Numbered from the stretch's first letter, positions 12,130 through 24,904 are shown. The stretch is DNA of 64,000 bases from Convolutriloba macropyga (GCF_964194025.1 NC_134468.1:34472001-34536000); one strand, 5' to 3'. Made by a program: numbers and translations. The notes: generated by a model not told the origin, from the letters alone.

Positions 12130-15100
12130 TAGCCCCCAAAACTTTAACGAAGACGCCAAACAAAAAAAGCCGGTGCCTTACAATCCTTATGGATAGAAGG
12201 CACTGCCAAAACAGTATGGGTAACATTGAATAACTAATTGACCCAGAAGGTCCCATTATATTTTTTAAATAAAATTGACTTTTTGAGAAACTCTTGACGA
12301 AATTGCAGAACTTGAACTTATACATCAATTATGGGAAATTTTCTTATTCCATAGCCAACGTTAGCCTAATACACGATTGTCATGTCAATTTGAGCAACCA
12401 AAGCCCAGTAGTAAAGAAATGAGAACAATTTTTACATAAAAAACGGTCGAAAAATCTGCGTTTCCGAACTACACACTTTTTTATCTATCAAATTTTAAGC
12501 TTTGACCCAGAAGAAAAATCTCTGGGTGTTTTACCATCCTTATGGATAGGAGGCATCGCCAAAATAGTATGGGTAGTATTGAACAGCTCATTGAGACAAA
12601 AGGTCCTATTATATTTTTTAAATAAAATTGACTTTTTGAGAAACTCTTGACGAAATTGCAGAACTTGAACTTATACATCAATTATGGGAAATTTTCTTAT
12701 TCCATAGCCAACGTTAGCCTAACACACGATTGTCATGTCAATTTGAGCAACCAAAGCCCAGTAGTAAAGAAATGAGAACAATTTTTACATAAAAAACGGT
12801 TGAAAAATCTGCGTTTCCGAACTACACATTTTTTATGTATCAAAAATTAAGCTTTGACCCAGAAGGAAAATCTCTGGGTGTTTTACCATCCTTATGGACA
12901 GGAGGTTTCGCCAAAATAGTATGGGTAGTATTGAACAGCTCATTGAGACAAAAGGTCCTATTATATTTTTTAAATAAGATTGACTTTTTGAGAAACATTT
13001 GGCGAAATCGCAAAACTTGATGTTATATACCACTTCTGGCAAATTTTCTTGATTCATGGCCAATAATAGCCTAACGCATGCTTGTTATTTTTTTTTGGGC
13101 AGCCTAGAACTAGTAGTAGAGAAATGAGTCAAATTTTTACATAAAAAACGATCTAAAAATTAGCGTTTCCGACCTAAACCTGTTTTACGTAACAATTTTT
13201 TAAGCATTGACTGAAAAGAAAAAACTCTGGGTGTTTTACCATCCTTATGGATAGGAGGCACCGCCAAAACAGTATGCGTAGTATTGAACAGCTCATTGAG
13301 CCAAAAGGTCCTATTATATTTTTTAAATAAGATTGACTTTTTGAGAAACATTTGGCGAAATCGCAAAACTTGATGTTATATACCACTTCTGGCAAATTTT
13401 CTGGATTCATGGCCAATAATAGCCTAACGCATGCTTGTTATTTTTTTTTGAGCAGCCTAGAATTAGTAGTAGAGAAATGAGTCAAATTTTTACATAAAAA
13501 ACGATCTAAAAATTAGCGTTTCCGACCTAAACCTGTTTTACGTAACAATTTTTTAAGCATTGACTGAATAGAAAAATCTCTGGGTGTTTTACCATCCTTA
13601 TGGATAGGAGGCACCGCCAAAATAGTATGCGTAGTATTGAACAGCTCATTGGGCCGAAAGGTCCTATTATATTTTTTAAATAAGATTGACTTTTTGAGAA
13701 ACATTTGACGAAATCGCAAAACTTGATGTTATATACCACTTCTGGCAAATTTTCTTGATTCATGGCCAACGTTAGCCTAACGCACGCTTGTTAAATCAAT
13801 TTGAATAGCCTAGACTCAGTAGTAAAGAAATGAGACTACTTTTTACATAAAAAACGTTAGAAAAATTAGCGTTTCCGACCTTCACATGTTTTATGTAAGA
13901 ATTTTTGAAGTATTGACCCAAACGAAAAATCTCGGGTAGTTATAACATCTGTATGGATAGGAGACACTACCAAAACAGTATGGGAAACATAGAACAACTA
14001 ATTGACTCAGCAGCTCCTATTACATTTTTTAAATACGATTGGCTTTTTGGGAAACATTTGACGAAATCGCAAAACTTGACTTTATATATAAATTATGCAA
14101 AATTTTCTTGATTCATGGCCAATGCTAGCCTAAAGCACGCTTGTTATCTCAATTTGAATAGCCTAGATTCAGAAGTAAAGAAATGAGACTAATTTTCACA
14201 TAAAAAACGATCGAAAAATTAGCGTTTCCGACCTACACCTGTTTTGTGTAACAACTTTTTAAGCATTGGCCCAAAACAAAAAAATCGGGTTGCTATAACA
14301 TCCTTATGGATAGGAGGCACTGTCAAAAAAGTATGGGTAACATTGAAGAACTCCTTGAGCCAGAAGGTCCTATCAAATTTATTAAATACGATAGACTTTT
14401 TGAGAAACAATTGACGAAATCGCAAAACTTGATGTTATATATGACTTCTTGAGAATTTTCTCAACTCATGGCCAACGTTAGCCTATTGAACGCTTGTTAT
14501 ATCGCTTTGAGCACCCTCGACTCAGTAGTAAAGAAATGAGACTAATTTTTACATGAAAAACGATCGAAAAATTAGCGTTTCCGACCTACACCGGTTTTGT
14601 GTAACCATTTCTTAAGCAATGGCCCAAAAGAAAAATATCGGATTGTTATAAAATCCTTATGGTTAGGAGGCACTGCCAAAACAGTATGGGTAACATTAAA
14701 CAACTCCTAGAGCCAGAAGGTCCTATTAAACTTTTCAAATACGATTGACGATTTGAGAAACAATTGACGAAATCGCAAAACTTGATGTTATATATCACTT
14801 ATAGGAATTTTTCTTGATTCATAGCCAACCTTAGTCAAACGCACGCTTGTTGTATCGCTTGGAGCAGCCTAGACTTAGTAGTCGAGAAAAAAGAAGGCAT
14901 TTTAAACAGAAAACAGACGATATTTTTGCGTTTCCAAACTTTACATTTGTAATGCAGCATTTTTTCAAGCATTGAAACCTAAGCAAAAACTTTTGGTTTG
15001 ATGCAATCCATATGGATAGGGCATAATACAAAAATAGTATGAGCAACATTCAACAACTCCTTGACCCATGGGGCTACATCAAAATTTTGAAAAACGAGAC

Positions 15101-15740
15101 GACTTTAGAGAAACAATTGACGAAATTGCAAAACTTGACTTTATATAACACTAATCTTGAATTTCCATTTTTTAACATCAAAGCCACCATTAGCCTAACA
15201 CACGTTTCTCTTATCACTTTTAGTTGCCTAAGCCCAATAGTCTAGAAATAAGAAGGCAATTAACATAAAAAACATACGAAATTTTCGCGTTTCCGAACTT
15301 CAACTTTCTATGTACCAATTTTTCAAATATTGAACCAATAGCAAAAGTTTTTGAATTAATACAAACCATATGAATGTGAGACACCACAAAAAGAATAAAA
15401 AGAGTATGAGCAACATTCAACAACTCCTTGGCCCACAGGGTCATCATAATTAAAAAAAGACGAGTTTTGAGAAACATTTGACGAAATTGGAAAACTCAAC
15501 TTTAGATATCACAATTTGCAAAATTCTTCACATCATAGCCAATGATAGCCTAACGAACATTTGTTTTACCTCTTTGAACTGGCTAGAACAAAAAGTCAAG
15601 AACTAAGAAGAAAATTTGAAACAGACAAAAATTATGCGTTTCCGATCTTCACATTTCTAATGTACTACTTTTTGAAGTCTTGACCTCGAATCAAAACTTT
15701 CCAAGTTATTACATTCCATATAGAAAGGAGCCTATATCAA
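12130..15740. repeat. Tandem array, ~353-bp unit, ~10 copies
   Basis: GCGTTTCC(G/A)A anchor at 12461, 12814, 13166, 13519, 13872, 14225, 14578, 14931, 15290 and 15639. Units diverge toward the element interior. Confidence 0.95.
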
Positions 15741-15901
15741 GGTCTACTGAAAGACACAATTAGCTTATTATATTGCCTCAATTAGCACAGACCTAACATT
15801 CTGGTTAAAACAAAAGCTTGTTAAAAAGAAGACAATTCAATTTTTGCAAAAACTTTTCAACTGAAAAAAAATTGAGTTATTTTCGAGTCTCAAAATTGTA
15901 T

Positions 15902-16222
15902 TCAATCGCTCAAAACTTCTACCACTTGTTCGCAGTCCCCACAGATTGACTTTTCAGCATCAACAAAGAACCTGGGGACATAACTTCGACAGACAGAGCA
16001 TAATGCAAAATTGTTGTTGGATAAAATTTCGTCAACATCCTCACGGCAAATAGGGCATGTCGGTCTCTCATTGCACAAGAACTGACTTGAGAAACTTTCG
16101 AGCCACTCTTTAATACAACTCTTGCATCCAACATGCTCAATTAGATAGCTTTTGTGCAAAACAAAAACATTATCTCCCACATCCTCCAAACAGAAGGGGC
16201 AGATGGGGTTACTTGAAGACAT
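15902..16222 (-). CDS. Small RING-finger protein with second Zn-ribbon
   Basis: CPFC..H.GCKSC..W..CPICR RING, then CSVC..CGDC. Intact ORF from MSSSNP. Confidence 0.85.
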   Translation of the reverse strand: MSSSNPICPFCLEDVGDNVFVLHKSYLIEHVGCKSCIKEWLESFSSQFLCNERPTCPICREDVDEILSNNNFALCSVCRSYVPRFFVDAEKSICGDCEQVVEVLSD

Positions 16223-16501
16223 TCTGGCAATCAATGGATTGACAATTCAAACGTCTGAAGAAAAGAAATCATTCCTGTTTAGTAGCAATTAGAATTTTTG
16301 AGTTGCTTTTGAAGAACAGTAGTAACTCTGGGCAAAAAAGCGCAATACAAGCAACAAGAAAACAAAAAGTTCAACAAAAATTTGGATTTAGCAAAGGGAA
16401 AATTGTGATTGAACTTTTAAAAAAAATGTACCAAAAGTTATTCAATCAACACATATTATACAAATCGACAAAAATGTTATAGTTTAAAGTCACATTTGAA
16501 G

Positions 16502-17077
16502 TCAAAAGACTGACTCATCCATTTTTCCACAGTTCGGGCAACAAACTTTTGAATCTTTTACAGCACAGTCATCGCAGATCACATCACAGCATTGAGCGCA
16601 AAATGAGAAACCCATGTCATGCAAAAACCGATCTGAACAACTTCCACAAATAATCGCTATAGCTGGCCTTGGATTATTGGAATTCGCAGCCAGAAAGTGT
16701 CGAACAAAGAGGTACTTCTCCGCAAACTTCTGCCACCAATCATTTCCAGCTCTTTCGTTTTTTGTCCAACTCGGAGGCATCGAGACCCCTGACCTCAGAC
16801 CCATCTTATACGCTGCTTCTTTAACATCTTGCGCAGACTTTGCGTAGAGGACTACGTCGATCAGCAACTTGTTAATCACACTACGCGGAAGTACGCAGGG
16901 CCTTCCTTGCTGTAAGTCAACTTTTGACACGTGGCGTCTTAATGTCGATCTTGGAACACAATGTTTCTTTGCGGCCTTCAGCAACGGAATCCCTTTAGTT
17001 CTTACATCTTTAACAGCGGCGTTTAAATCAGAATTGGAATATTTCTCAGTTGTTTTTCGAATGTATTTTTGAGGCAT
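16502..17077 (-). CDS. Pipsqueak/CENP-B-type HTH protein with C-terminal Cys-rich zinc finger
   Basis: MPQKYIRK..YSNSDLNAAVKDV..LLKAAKKHCVPRSTLRRH (HTH_psq) and AGNDWWQKF (CENP-B/Tc5 HTH end), then CGSC..CAQC..CDDC..CPNC. No DDE domain. Confidence 0.85.
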   Translation of the reverse strand: MPQKYIRKTTEKYSNSDLNAAVKDVRTKGIPLLKAAKKHCVPRSTLRRHVSKVDLQQGRPCVLPRSVINKLLIDVVLYAKSAQDVKEAAYKMGLRSGVSMPPSWTKNERAGNDWWQKFAEKYLFVRHFLAANSNNPRPAIAIICGSCSDRFLHDMGFSFCAQCCDVICDDCAVKDSKVCCPNCGKMDESVF

Positions 17078-17205
17078 TTGACACTGAAGAAACAAAAAAA
17101 AGAAATGAGATTTTACCAAAAAAAAGAAACACTGAAAAGTCAAACATAAAAGCAACAACTTTTTCAATTTCTTCAAACTATGAGTTCAAAATTTTCTACT
17201 AAGAC

Positions 17206-20094
17206 TCAATCATGTTCAAAGATATTCACCAAAGGTACCAAAACAAGTTTTTCATTTACAGTTAATGGCAAGAGCTTTTCAATAATAGCATCCTGACTAA
17301 TAGTCTGTACATTTTCCAATTTTCTGACTTCATAAAAACTGTAAACGTCAGCCGTTGATTGAGAAGGTCTGTGCTTTTTTTCTATTTGGTAGAGCACAAC
17401 AGAAGCAAAATCTTGTTTGTCGATTGTAAAGAACAATCGAATTTGACACAATTTTTTCTCGCCGTCACGGACAAAAGAAACGAACGAGTTTCTGCACGAC
17501 GAATGAGAAATGGAATCAAGGGTAAAATTCTCAAACTTTTGCGTGGAATAAAATTGAGCAGAAAGATCTTTGAGATCAGAGGGGATTTCATGCAAGCAAA
17601 CAGCCCGTTGTTTGAAAGATTTTCTCTCCCTAAGAGACAGACACAAGTCGTATAGCGTGTCTTTTCGAGGATTTTCGCAGCAAGAATTTTTATTCCTTAA
17701 GTATCGGTCCACCAAAACTTTCAGATGACACACTGTCCCAGTGAACTTGCAACGTAGGAGGTAATTTGCCGATTCAAACATGATGGCAGAGGTGCACCAT
17801 AAAGGTCCAAAGCACCTAACCTGCCACGCTAAATGATTGAGAGAATGAATATTCGCAGAAAATACTTTGTCTGAGTGGGCTTCCGCAGTTAGAAGGTGAA
17901 ACCGTTCAATAAGATTTTCAGCCACGCGGCAGTGCTCAGAAGAAAATAAAAGCAAACGGGTGGAATAGCTCAACAAATGTAACCTCTCGTACAAACTTTC
18001 GTTGACGAAACTCCTGAAAACTGCTGGTCCCACATATAAAAGCCAAACTTTCAACTCGTTTGCTTTGAAAAACTCCAATTCATCAAGACTTCGGACCAAT
18101 CTCTTGAAATCAGAAGTCAATTGAAGAGTGGCACTGTTTTCGCGAATTTTGTTGGGATCAGATTTTGTCGATTTATCTCTAATAAGAAACAGAAGAGCAC
18201 GTGTAACACCCAGCAGCACCTGATGCATGTAGTCAACAGGAGCAGTGAGAGGTAGATTTTCGATTAATGTGGACACCGCTGAAGGCCCTTTGACACCTCT
18301 AAAAGAATCCATAGCTTGCTCCTGTATTAAGCGTATATAGGCTTCATGTTGTGCCGCCGTTCGCATCTTGTTCCTCTGGTTAGGATAATATAAACCTTTC
18401 TTGCCTTCTCCTATCGGTTTGCTTTTTATCAAACAGAGCGTACAGCCAAAATAGGCATTGAATTGTTGAATATTAAGTATGGATGCTTTCGCGGGCAAAT
18501 CCGCCACTAATAATTTGATTACAAAATTGACTTCCCAAAGAGTACCGTTCCATTCAATTGACGACTCACTTTGCAGAGTTTCTTTAATTTGGCTAAAAAA
18601 AACATTCCAGTCAGGTTTACCTCGACCGAGCCATAATTTTGCAAGAATAATGTTTGCAAACTTGCATCGTAAAACCGGAGGTAAACTAAGAATACCAAGC
18701 CATAGGGGCAACAATGATCGCTTTTTTCAATTGATAATCCTAACACCATCAGAATTCATTGACAACAAAACTGTTATTTTATTGCTCGAATCAAAAAACG
18801 GCGGGATATTTACATCTTTCAGAGGGCACCGGGAAGAATTGTACTCATATATTGAATTGAGATTCCTCTTAAGAACAAGTAAAATGTCTGATTTAAAATC
18901 TAATGTAATTAACTCGCCTTCACCACATGATAGAGTAGTCTTCAAGGCCAATTTCACGGTCTCATCAGCTTTTCGTTTCATTGACTTTAGCGAGGGAACG
19001 TAGCTTTCGGGAAATGCAGTCCGCATTAGTTTTATCCAATCGGAAGCTTCAGCGTCTGAAGTACCATGGCGGGCAATAATTTCATTCACGCAGATCGCAA
19101 AGTTCTGCTGCGAAAATGTGCAGCTTCGTTCATTAGCAGAATCACGAGCATCTTCTGAGGACGAATCTGAGACATGATCATTGATTGCGCTCAACGTGAA
19201 ACTGGGAGCCATATTTTCTACACTGTTGTTAGGCGAGGACGCAAAATTGTTTATTTGTTGAAAATCAGCCAACGAAGAACTTGTTTCACCAGAAGAGGTA
19301 TCATCCTGTGATAGATCAAAATCTGATGAACTACTGCTCTCCGCAAAGTTGCGCATTTCCAATTTTGGTCTGGGTGATTTCTTGCGACGTTTCGACCGGA
19401 GAACTGATTGTCGTCTTCGCCGGATACGAGAACTGAGCAGAATAAGTCTAGGCCTGGAGTCGCGTTGCCTCTCAGCCAAAGACACTTTAGTCTGATGTCT
19501 ATTGACATGAACACAGAGACAGTCTTGATTCCCTTCTCCGAAGAAATCATTACCATAACTAACTGTTATTTCGTCATTTTTTTCAATAGGGCAAAGTATC
19601 TCCAACTGGATACATCGTCGGGAATTGACTTCTTTCAGATCGAAACGACAGTTAGGTTTACAAGAGTGGTTGGCAAAGCGAGTAGGGCCTCACATGACTC
19701 GATCAAACTTACAGGCGTCCGTCTTTCTGAAAATTGATATGTCTTTGAAGCTCGCCAATGACTCACTTGGAATTTTTTCAATAAATCCAACTATTGATGG
19801 CAGAATTTGTAACGGTCTTGACTTCCTAGTTTGAAAGCTTTTCTCACCTACGTAAAACAAACCATATCCACCAAACCGGTCCCGTTTGAAAGAAAAATTG
19901 TTTGCCAGTGCAGTCTGATAGGCGTCACGTAACAAACCATCGAACTCGAAAAGTGCAAAATTTCTACCCAATGCTTCTCTGTATTCATCTGCCGAAAGTA
20001 TCTGTACCAAAGGTTCAACCGGATGGTTATTAACCTCAATAATTTCTTTAGTGACATGCGCATCAGCCTGCGCAAGGCTAAAGCACTTCAACAT
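17206..20094 (-). pseudogene. SET domain (Suv4-20/KMT5-like) - EnSpm/CMC transposase fusion, ~960 codons, two in-frame TGA stops (19690-92, 18727-29)
   Basis: Three ORFs share one frame. SET motifs: GGYGLF, M*GPTRFANHSCKPNC, EITVSYGNDFFGEGNQDCLC. Transposase motifs: NSDG, LPPVLR, KP, VADLPAKA, QFNAYFGCTLC, GVKG, DYMH..LGV, KANE, NIHSLNHL, GPLW..S...FES. Confidence 0.93.
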
Positions 20095-20364
20095 TTCTTT
20101 AACAAAAGATAATGATATCCATTATTCTATCTAAAAAAGCGCAGCTCACCATATACGAAAAACAATTACACTAGTTCAAAATTCCCGAGTGATAACTGGC
20201 GCATGAAAAAACCAAAATTTTTCACATGCCTATCAAAAACAGCACAGCATTAGTAGTTTGTATTTACTATCATCAGATTTCAACACCGAACTACAAAACG
20301 CAAAGAGAATAGAACAAGCGCAAAATCATTATATAGCAGCTATTACCGTTGAACAGGAAGTACA

Positions 20365-21042
20365 TTAACAAAAAGTTGAACCTCGCTGAAGTTTGAGTTT
20401 AATATCCAAGCCCATTTGATTAGCTGCATGGCGAGCGTCTTTGTATGCTGCTTCCGGGAATTTGGGATATTTTCTTCGCACAACAAGTTCAAACTTTGCA
20501 CGTTCATCTTCAGGCACCGGAGTTCGAATGTCTTTGCGACGCCGATGAGCCCCAATGATGAGTGATTACAGCTTGCATAGCTCGCCCTTACCATACATTG
20601 CGCATCCCAGGTGACGCCCAAACTTGGCAGCACTGCTACCGGCTGGAACTTGCATTAAGTTAATCCCCTCGTGCATGACTGGCAGATAAACAGTCGTATT
20701 GTCGGCAGACGGTAGCTCACCTGTCTTTTGATAAGTCACGAGAGCGAAAAATTCTTCATCATTGGCCCTTTCCTCTTGCCGTAATTTTTTCTAGCTCATT
20801 TTGTGCTCATCAACCATTCTAGAGAGATTACGTTTGAAGGCTTTAAAATCTTCATTTTTAACATTATCTTGATCTTGTTTATTCAAAATTGTACTTTGCA
20901 AATCATTACTGGTTTCAGTTTCGTCATCACTTGATTCCATTTGGTCTTCAGCTTCACTCTCAGATAGAACATTTGAAACAATTTTGGTACGTTTCTTCAA
21001 TACTATTTGATCTTCCTCCGATGAACTTTCACAGCTAGACAT
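20365..21042 (-). pseudogene. BEN-like domain protein paralogue 2 (two in-frame stops)
   Basis: Manual read-through from the 20791 ORF gives an acidic N-terminus, then EGINLMQV..AKFGRHLG..YG..C.L..RTP..F..V.R.Y..AANQMG, which aligns with the C-terminus of ORF 21403. Confidence 0.75.
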
Positions 21043-21402
21043 TTCTAACATGAAAACAAACCAAATTTTTTAAAGTTACCTAAGTGCATTTAGACTGTCA
21101 AACACTGCTTTTTGTAAAAAAGTTCAAACAAACATGTTTGTTCTTTACTGGTTCTCATCTAATTTTATTAAAAAATCAATCGAGCGAAAGGTTGAACTGA
21201 ATTTTGTCAACACAGCTCACGGATGAAACGCATGAAGAAATGATAGACATCAACAACAGTTACAACAATCCATACAAACATCAAAGTTCAGAGGCAAAAC
21301 TAAACACCGAATAGCACCAAATATGCTTTTGCCGAAAAACGGAACGCAAATTAGAAAAATGTAGCTTGCTATAAAGTTGGCGATATGTTTTGGTGATGAC
21401 CA

Positions 21403-23004
21403 TCATAGAGAGTGCTTTTGTTTCATTTCGGCCCCATATTGATTGGCACCTGCAACAGCACGGCTTACGGCTTCGTCAGTATCGTCTGAATAATTTCTAG
21501 TCACACACTCAACAAAAAGCTCTTCAAGAGCTGCATCGCAAGGTCCACGGCTATTTCGCCTGTTGACTTTTACACTAATACGCTCTTTAGCGAGCATACA
21601 GTTCTTCTCACTCCCAAAAATTTCGGCAGCAATTGTTCTGCCAAACACAGACGGCCCATCTTCAGTTGGTTTGAACCTCATCAAGTCCTTTCCGTTAAAC
21701 ATCAAAGGATCGGCGCTGACACGATTGGCTTTGATCGCATTTTTCAACCTTTTCAAGCTATCAGGTTTGTCACCATCTCCCAAAACTTCGAGAAGCTTCT
21801 TTCTAAGAATAGCATTTTCTTTCATTAGTTTTCTAGTGTGCTCCTCCTGAGCGTCCAGCACCTCATTAAACTTGCTTGTCACGAAATCCATTACATCTTT
21901 CATTGAGTATTCTCCTTGAGCTGTGTCCGCATTAGAATTTGGAGCATCATTGCATGGCGTTGAGCAACTTGATTTTGCCAGATTGATATAGGGACTCTCA
22001 TAATCCTTTTCGGCCAACAAGACGTCCTTGGAAAAATGAATGCTCCTCTTAACCGGATTTTGAATTGACTTTCGCTTCTTTTCTTTACTCTCTTTAGGTT
22101 CCTCATTCTCTTTGTCTCTAGGCAGCAATAAAAACCCTCCGTTACTATAGTTACTCTGTACCTTATGTTTTCAAACAGAAAAGATTTATAACAACGAAGC
22201 CTATATCGCTGGATGCATGACAGAAGCAAAAGTCGAGGTTTAGGAAGATTACAAACGAGAACACCAAACAAGCCCAACAGAACGACGTAACTTACTCGAA
22301 TTCTTCTGCTGCTGCTTGTAAAGGCTGAGCTTCATTAATGGTGCAGTTTTGAAGGCTCGTTTCACTGAAGTACAAAAGGAAAAATTTTCTAATGCAAGAG
22401 TTTTGAATAGCAATTAATGTAAACAGGGGCAAAACATGAAAAGTCTTCAATAAAAGCGAAGCAATTACTTAGGCAAGCAGGAATCCAAGCAAAAAGGCAT
22501 AAAATTTGAGCCTCGATTGAATAAATTTATAAAAATTTAATTACCTAGATTTTCAAAGTTAGACTTCTAAGAAACTGGAAATTGTAGGAAAGTGATATTA
22601 ACTCGAAAAGTGTGTACTAACGCTATGGAACTTATATCCGACAGACTTTTGTTTGCGTTAGCAACCTTCGTTGACACATCACGGACGAAACTGTCAACTT
22701 CTTTGACTGACATCATTTTGACAAATGATGCCTTGAATCTACCTGATGACGTTGCTTTGAAGTACAGCTTTCGGCCTCTGACCATGGACAATTTGTCAGC
22801 CAGCGAAATGTCAGGCCAAAACGGACTGTTGTGAGTCAGCACAAAAGGATGGCAATCGTATTTCTTATAGAAGACCCACCGAAGCCCTTTTGCTCTTTTC
22901 TCATCCCCTGGTGAGTTGTACAGAGAGCTTTTAGTTGGAAAATTGCCTTTGGTGGACCTTGGACCAGTTAAGATTAAGTCATTGGCTTTATCCGCAATCG
23001 ACAT
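21403..23004 (-). CDS. Three-exon BEN-like domain protein paralogue 1 (exons 23004-22622, 22364-22296, 22117-21403; 388 aa)
   Basis: GT-AG junctions (GTTAGT/CTTCAG, GTAAGT/CCTAG) keep one open frame of 1167 nt. A coiled coil precedes NGKDLM..PSVFGRTIAAEIFG..L..RGPCD..ANQYG, a BEN-like helical pattern. Extra exons cannot be excluded. Confidence 0.7.
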
Positions 23005-23359
23005 AGTTCTTCTAAAATTTTTGGACCAATTGTTTGCACCGTTGGAGTAAAAATAGAACAAAAAGTAACAAAGTCTGACACGTTTTATCTGTACGGCAAA
23101 AAAACGATACAAAGCTAAGCTCCCCTAAAAACGTTTTGGTTGTAAGAAAACTTAAACCTAAAGCCGACAAAATCAACATTCGCAAAGCCATAAATGTTAA
23201 GATGAAAGTTGTTGAAAACAAATTGGAGGACAATCAGATAGATTCCGAGAAATCGAGTCGAAATTGCCAACAACTGTTTAGAACAAATTTCAGTTTCGAA
23301 AAGATTGTATCTCAGACAATATATCCTTGAATTTATGATAATTTAAGATTAGGAACATC

Positions 23360-24745
23360 GGAAGCTTTTGGGTGAGACTGAATAAAGACTGAAGTATCCA
23401 CCAGCTATTGGGTGGAACCATATTAAATTAAAGATTATGAATTTTAGGTATTTTTTCAGAATCATCCCCCAGCTATCGGGTGGACGAGTGAACCAGTGAC
23501 ATCAAAACAAGCCTTTTTAATGATGTGAGTTTACGAACTCCCCAGCTTTCGGGTGAGACTGAATAAAGATCGAAGTATCCCCCAACTATCGGGTGGAACC
23601 AGATTAAATTAAAGATTATGAATTTTAGGTATTTTTTCAGAATCATCCCCCAACTATCGGGTGGACGAGTGAACCAGTGAAATCAAAACAAGCCTTTTTA
23701 ACGCTGTGAGTTTATGAACTCCCCAGCTTTCAGGTGAGACTGAATAAAGATTGAAGTATCCCCCAACTATCGGGTGGAACCAGATTAAATTAAAGATTAT
23801 GAATTTTAGGTATTTTTTCAGAATCATCCCCCAACTATCGGGTGGACGAGTGAACCAGTTACATCAAAACAAGCCTTTTAATTATGTGAGTTTATGAACT
23901 CCCCAGCTTTCGGGTGAGACTGAATAAAGATCGAAGTATCCCCCAACTATCGGGTGGAACCAGATTAAATTAAAGATTATGAATTTTAGGTATTTTTTCA
24001 GAATCATCCCCCAACTATCGGGTGGACGAGTGAACCAGTGAAATCAAAACAAGCCTTTTTAATGCTGTGAGTTTATGAACTCCCCAGCTTTCAGGTGAGA
24101 CTGAATAAAGATTGAAGTATCCCCCAACTATCGGGTGGAACCAGATTAAATTAAAGATTTTGAATTTTAGGTATTTTTTTTCAGAATCATCCCCCAACTA
24201 TCGGGTGGACGAGTGAACCAGTTACATCAAAACAAGCCTTTTAATTATGTGAGTTTATGATCTCCCCAGCTTTCGGGTGAGACTGAATAAAGATCGAAGT
24301 ATCCCCCAACTATCGGGTGGAACCAGATTAAATTAAAGATTATGAATTTTAGGTATTTTTTCAGAATCATCCCCCAACTATCGGGTGGACGAGTGAACCA
24401 GTGAAATCAAAACAAGCCTTTTTAATGCTGTGAGTTTATGAACTCCCCAGCTTTCAGGTGAGACTGAATAAAGATTGAAGTATCCCCCAACTATCGGGTG
24501 GAACCAGATTAAAGATTATGAATTTTAGGTATTTTTTCAGAATCATCCCCCAACTATCGGGTGGACGAGTGAACCAGTTACATCAAAACAAGCCTTTTTA
24601 ATTATGTGAGTTTATGATCTCCCCAGCTTTCGGGTGAGACTGAATAAAGATTGAAGTATCCCCCAACTATCGGGTGGAACCAGATTAAATTAAAGATTAT
24701 GAATTTCAGTAGGTATTTTTTTTCAGAATCATCCCCCAACTATCA
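23360..24745. repeat. Highly homogeneous tandem array, 181-bp unit, ~7.6 copies, alternating A/B variants
   Basis: GGTGAGACTG at 23371, 23552, 23733, 23913, 24094, 24276, 24457 and 24633. Three CCCCA[A/G]CT[A/T]TC[G/A]GGTG motifs per unit. Confidence 0.97.
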
Positions 24746-24904
24746 TCCCTCAACCGCAAAGATTTAAACATTAGAAACGCTCTCGCAGTGGTTATATTCA
24801 GACACGGTTATTAAGAAGAAAACCAGAAAATAACAAGCTTTTTTTCTCAGACTTGCGAAACAGGGCTCAAAGTTAATATAAACTTGTCCAATTGCAACAA
24901 TAAT

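Noticed and set aside
11870-15477. Family of similar short ORFs in the 353-bp array
   Set aside because: They are by-products of the repeat unit; frames break differently among copies.
18727-19692. TGA recoding (Trp/Sec) because both stops in the SET-transposase are TGA
   Set aside because: They align to expected Leu and Ser (TTA/TCA single substitutions), and neighbouring genes carry TAG/TAA lesions, so simple decay explains them.
23360-24745. CRISPR-like pattern of hairpin repeats with ~40-bp spacers
   Set aside because: The spacers recur every third repeat, so it is a tandem satellite. The context is eukaryotic and there are no cas genes.
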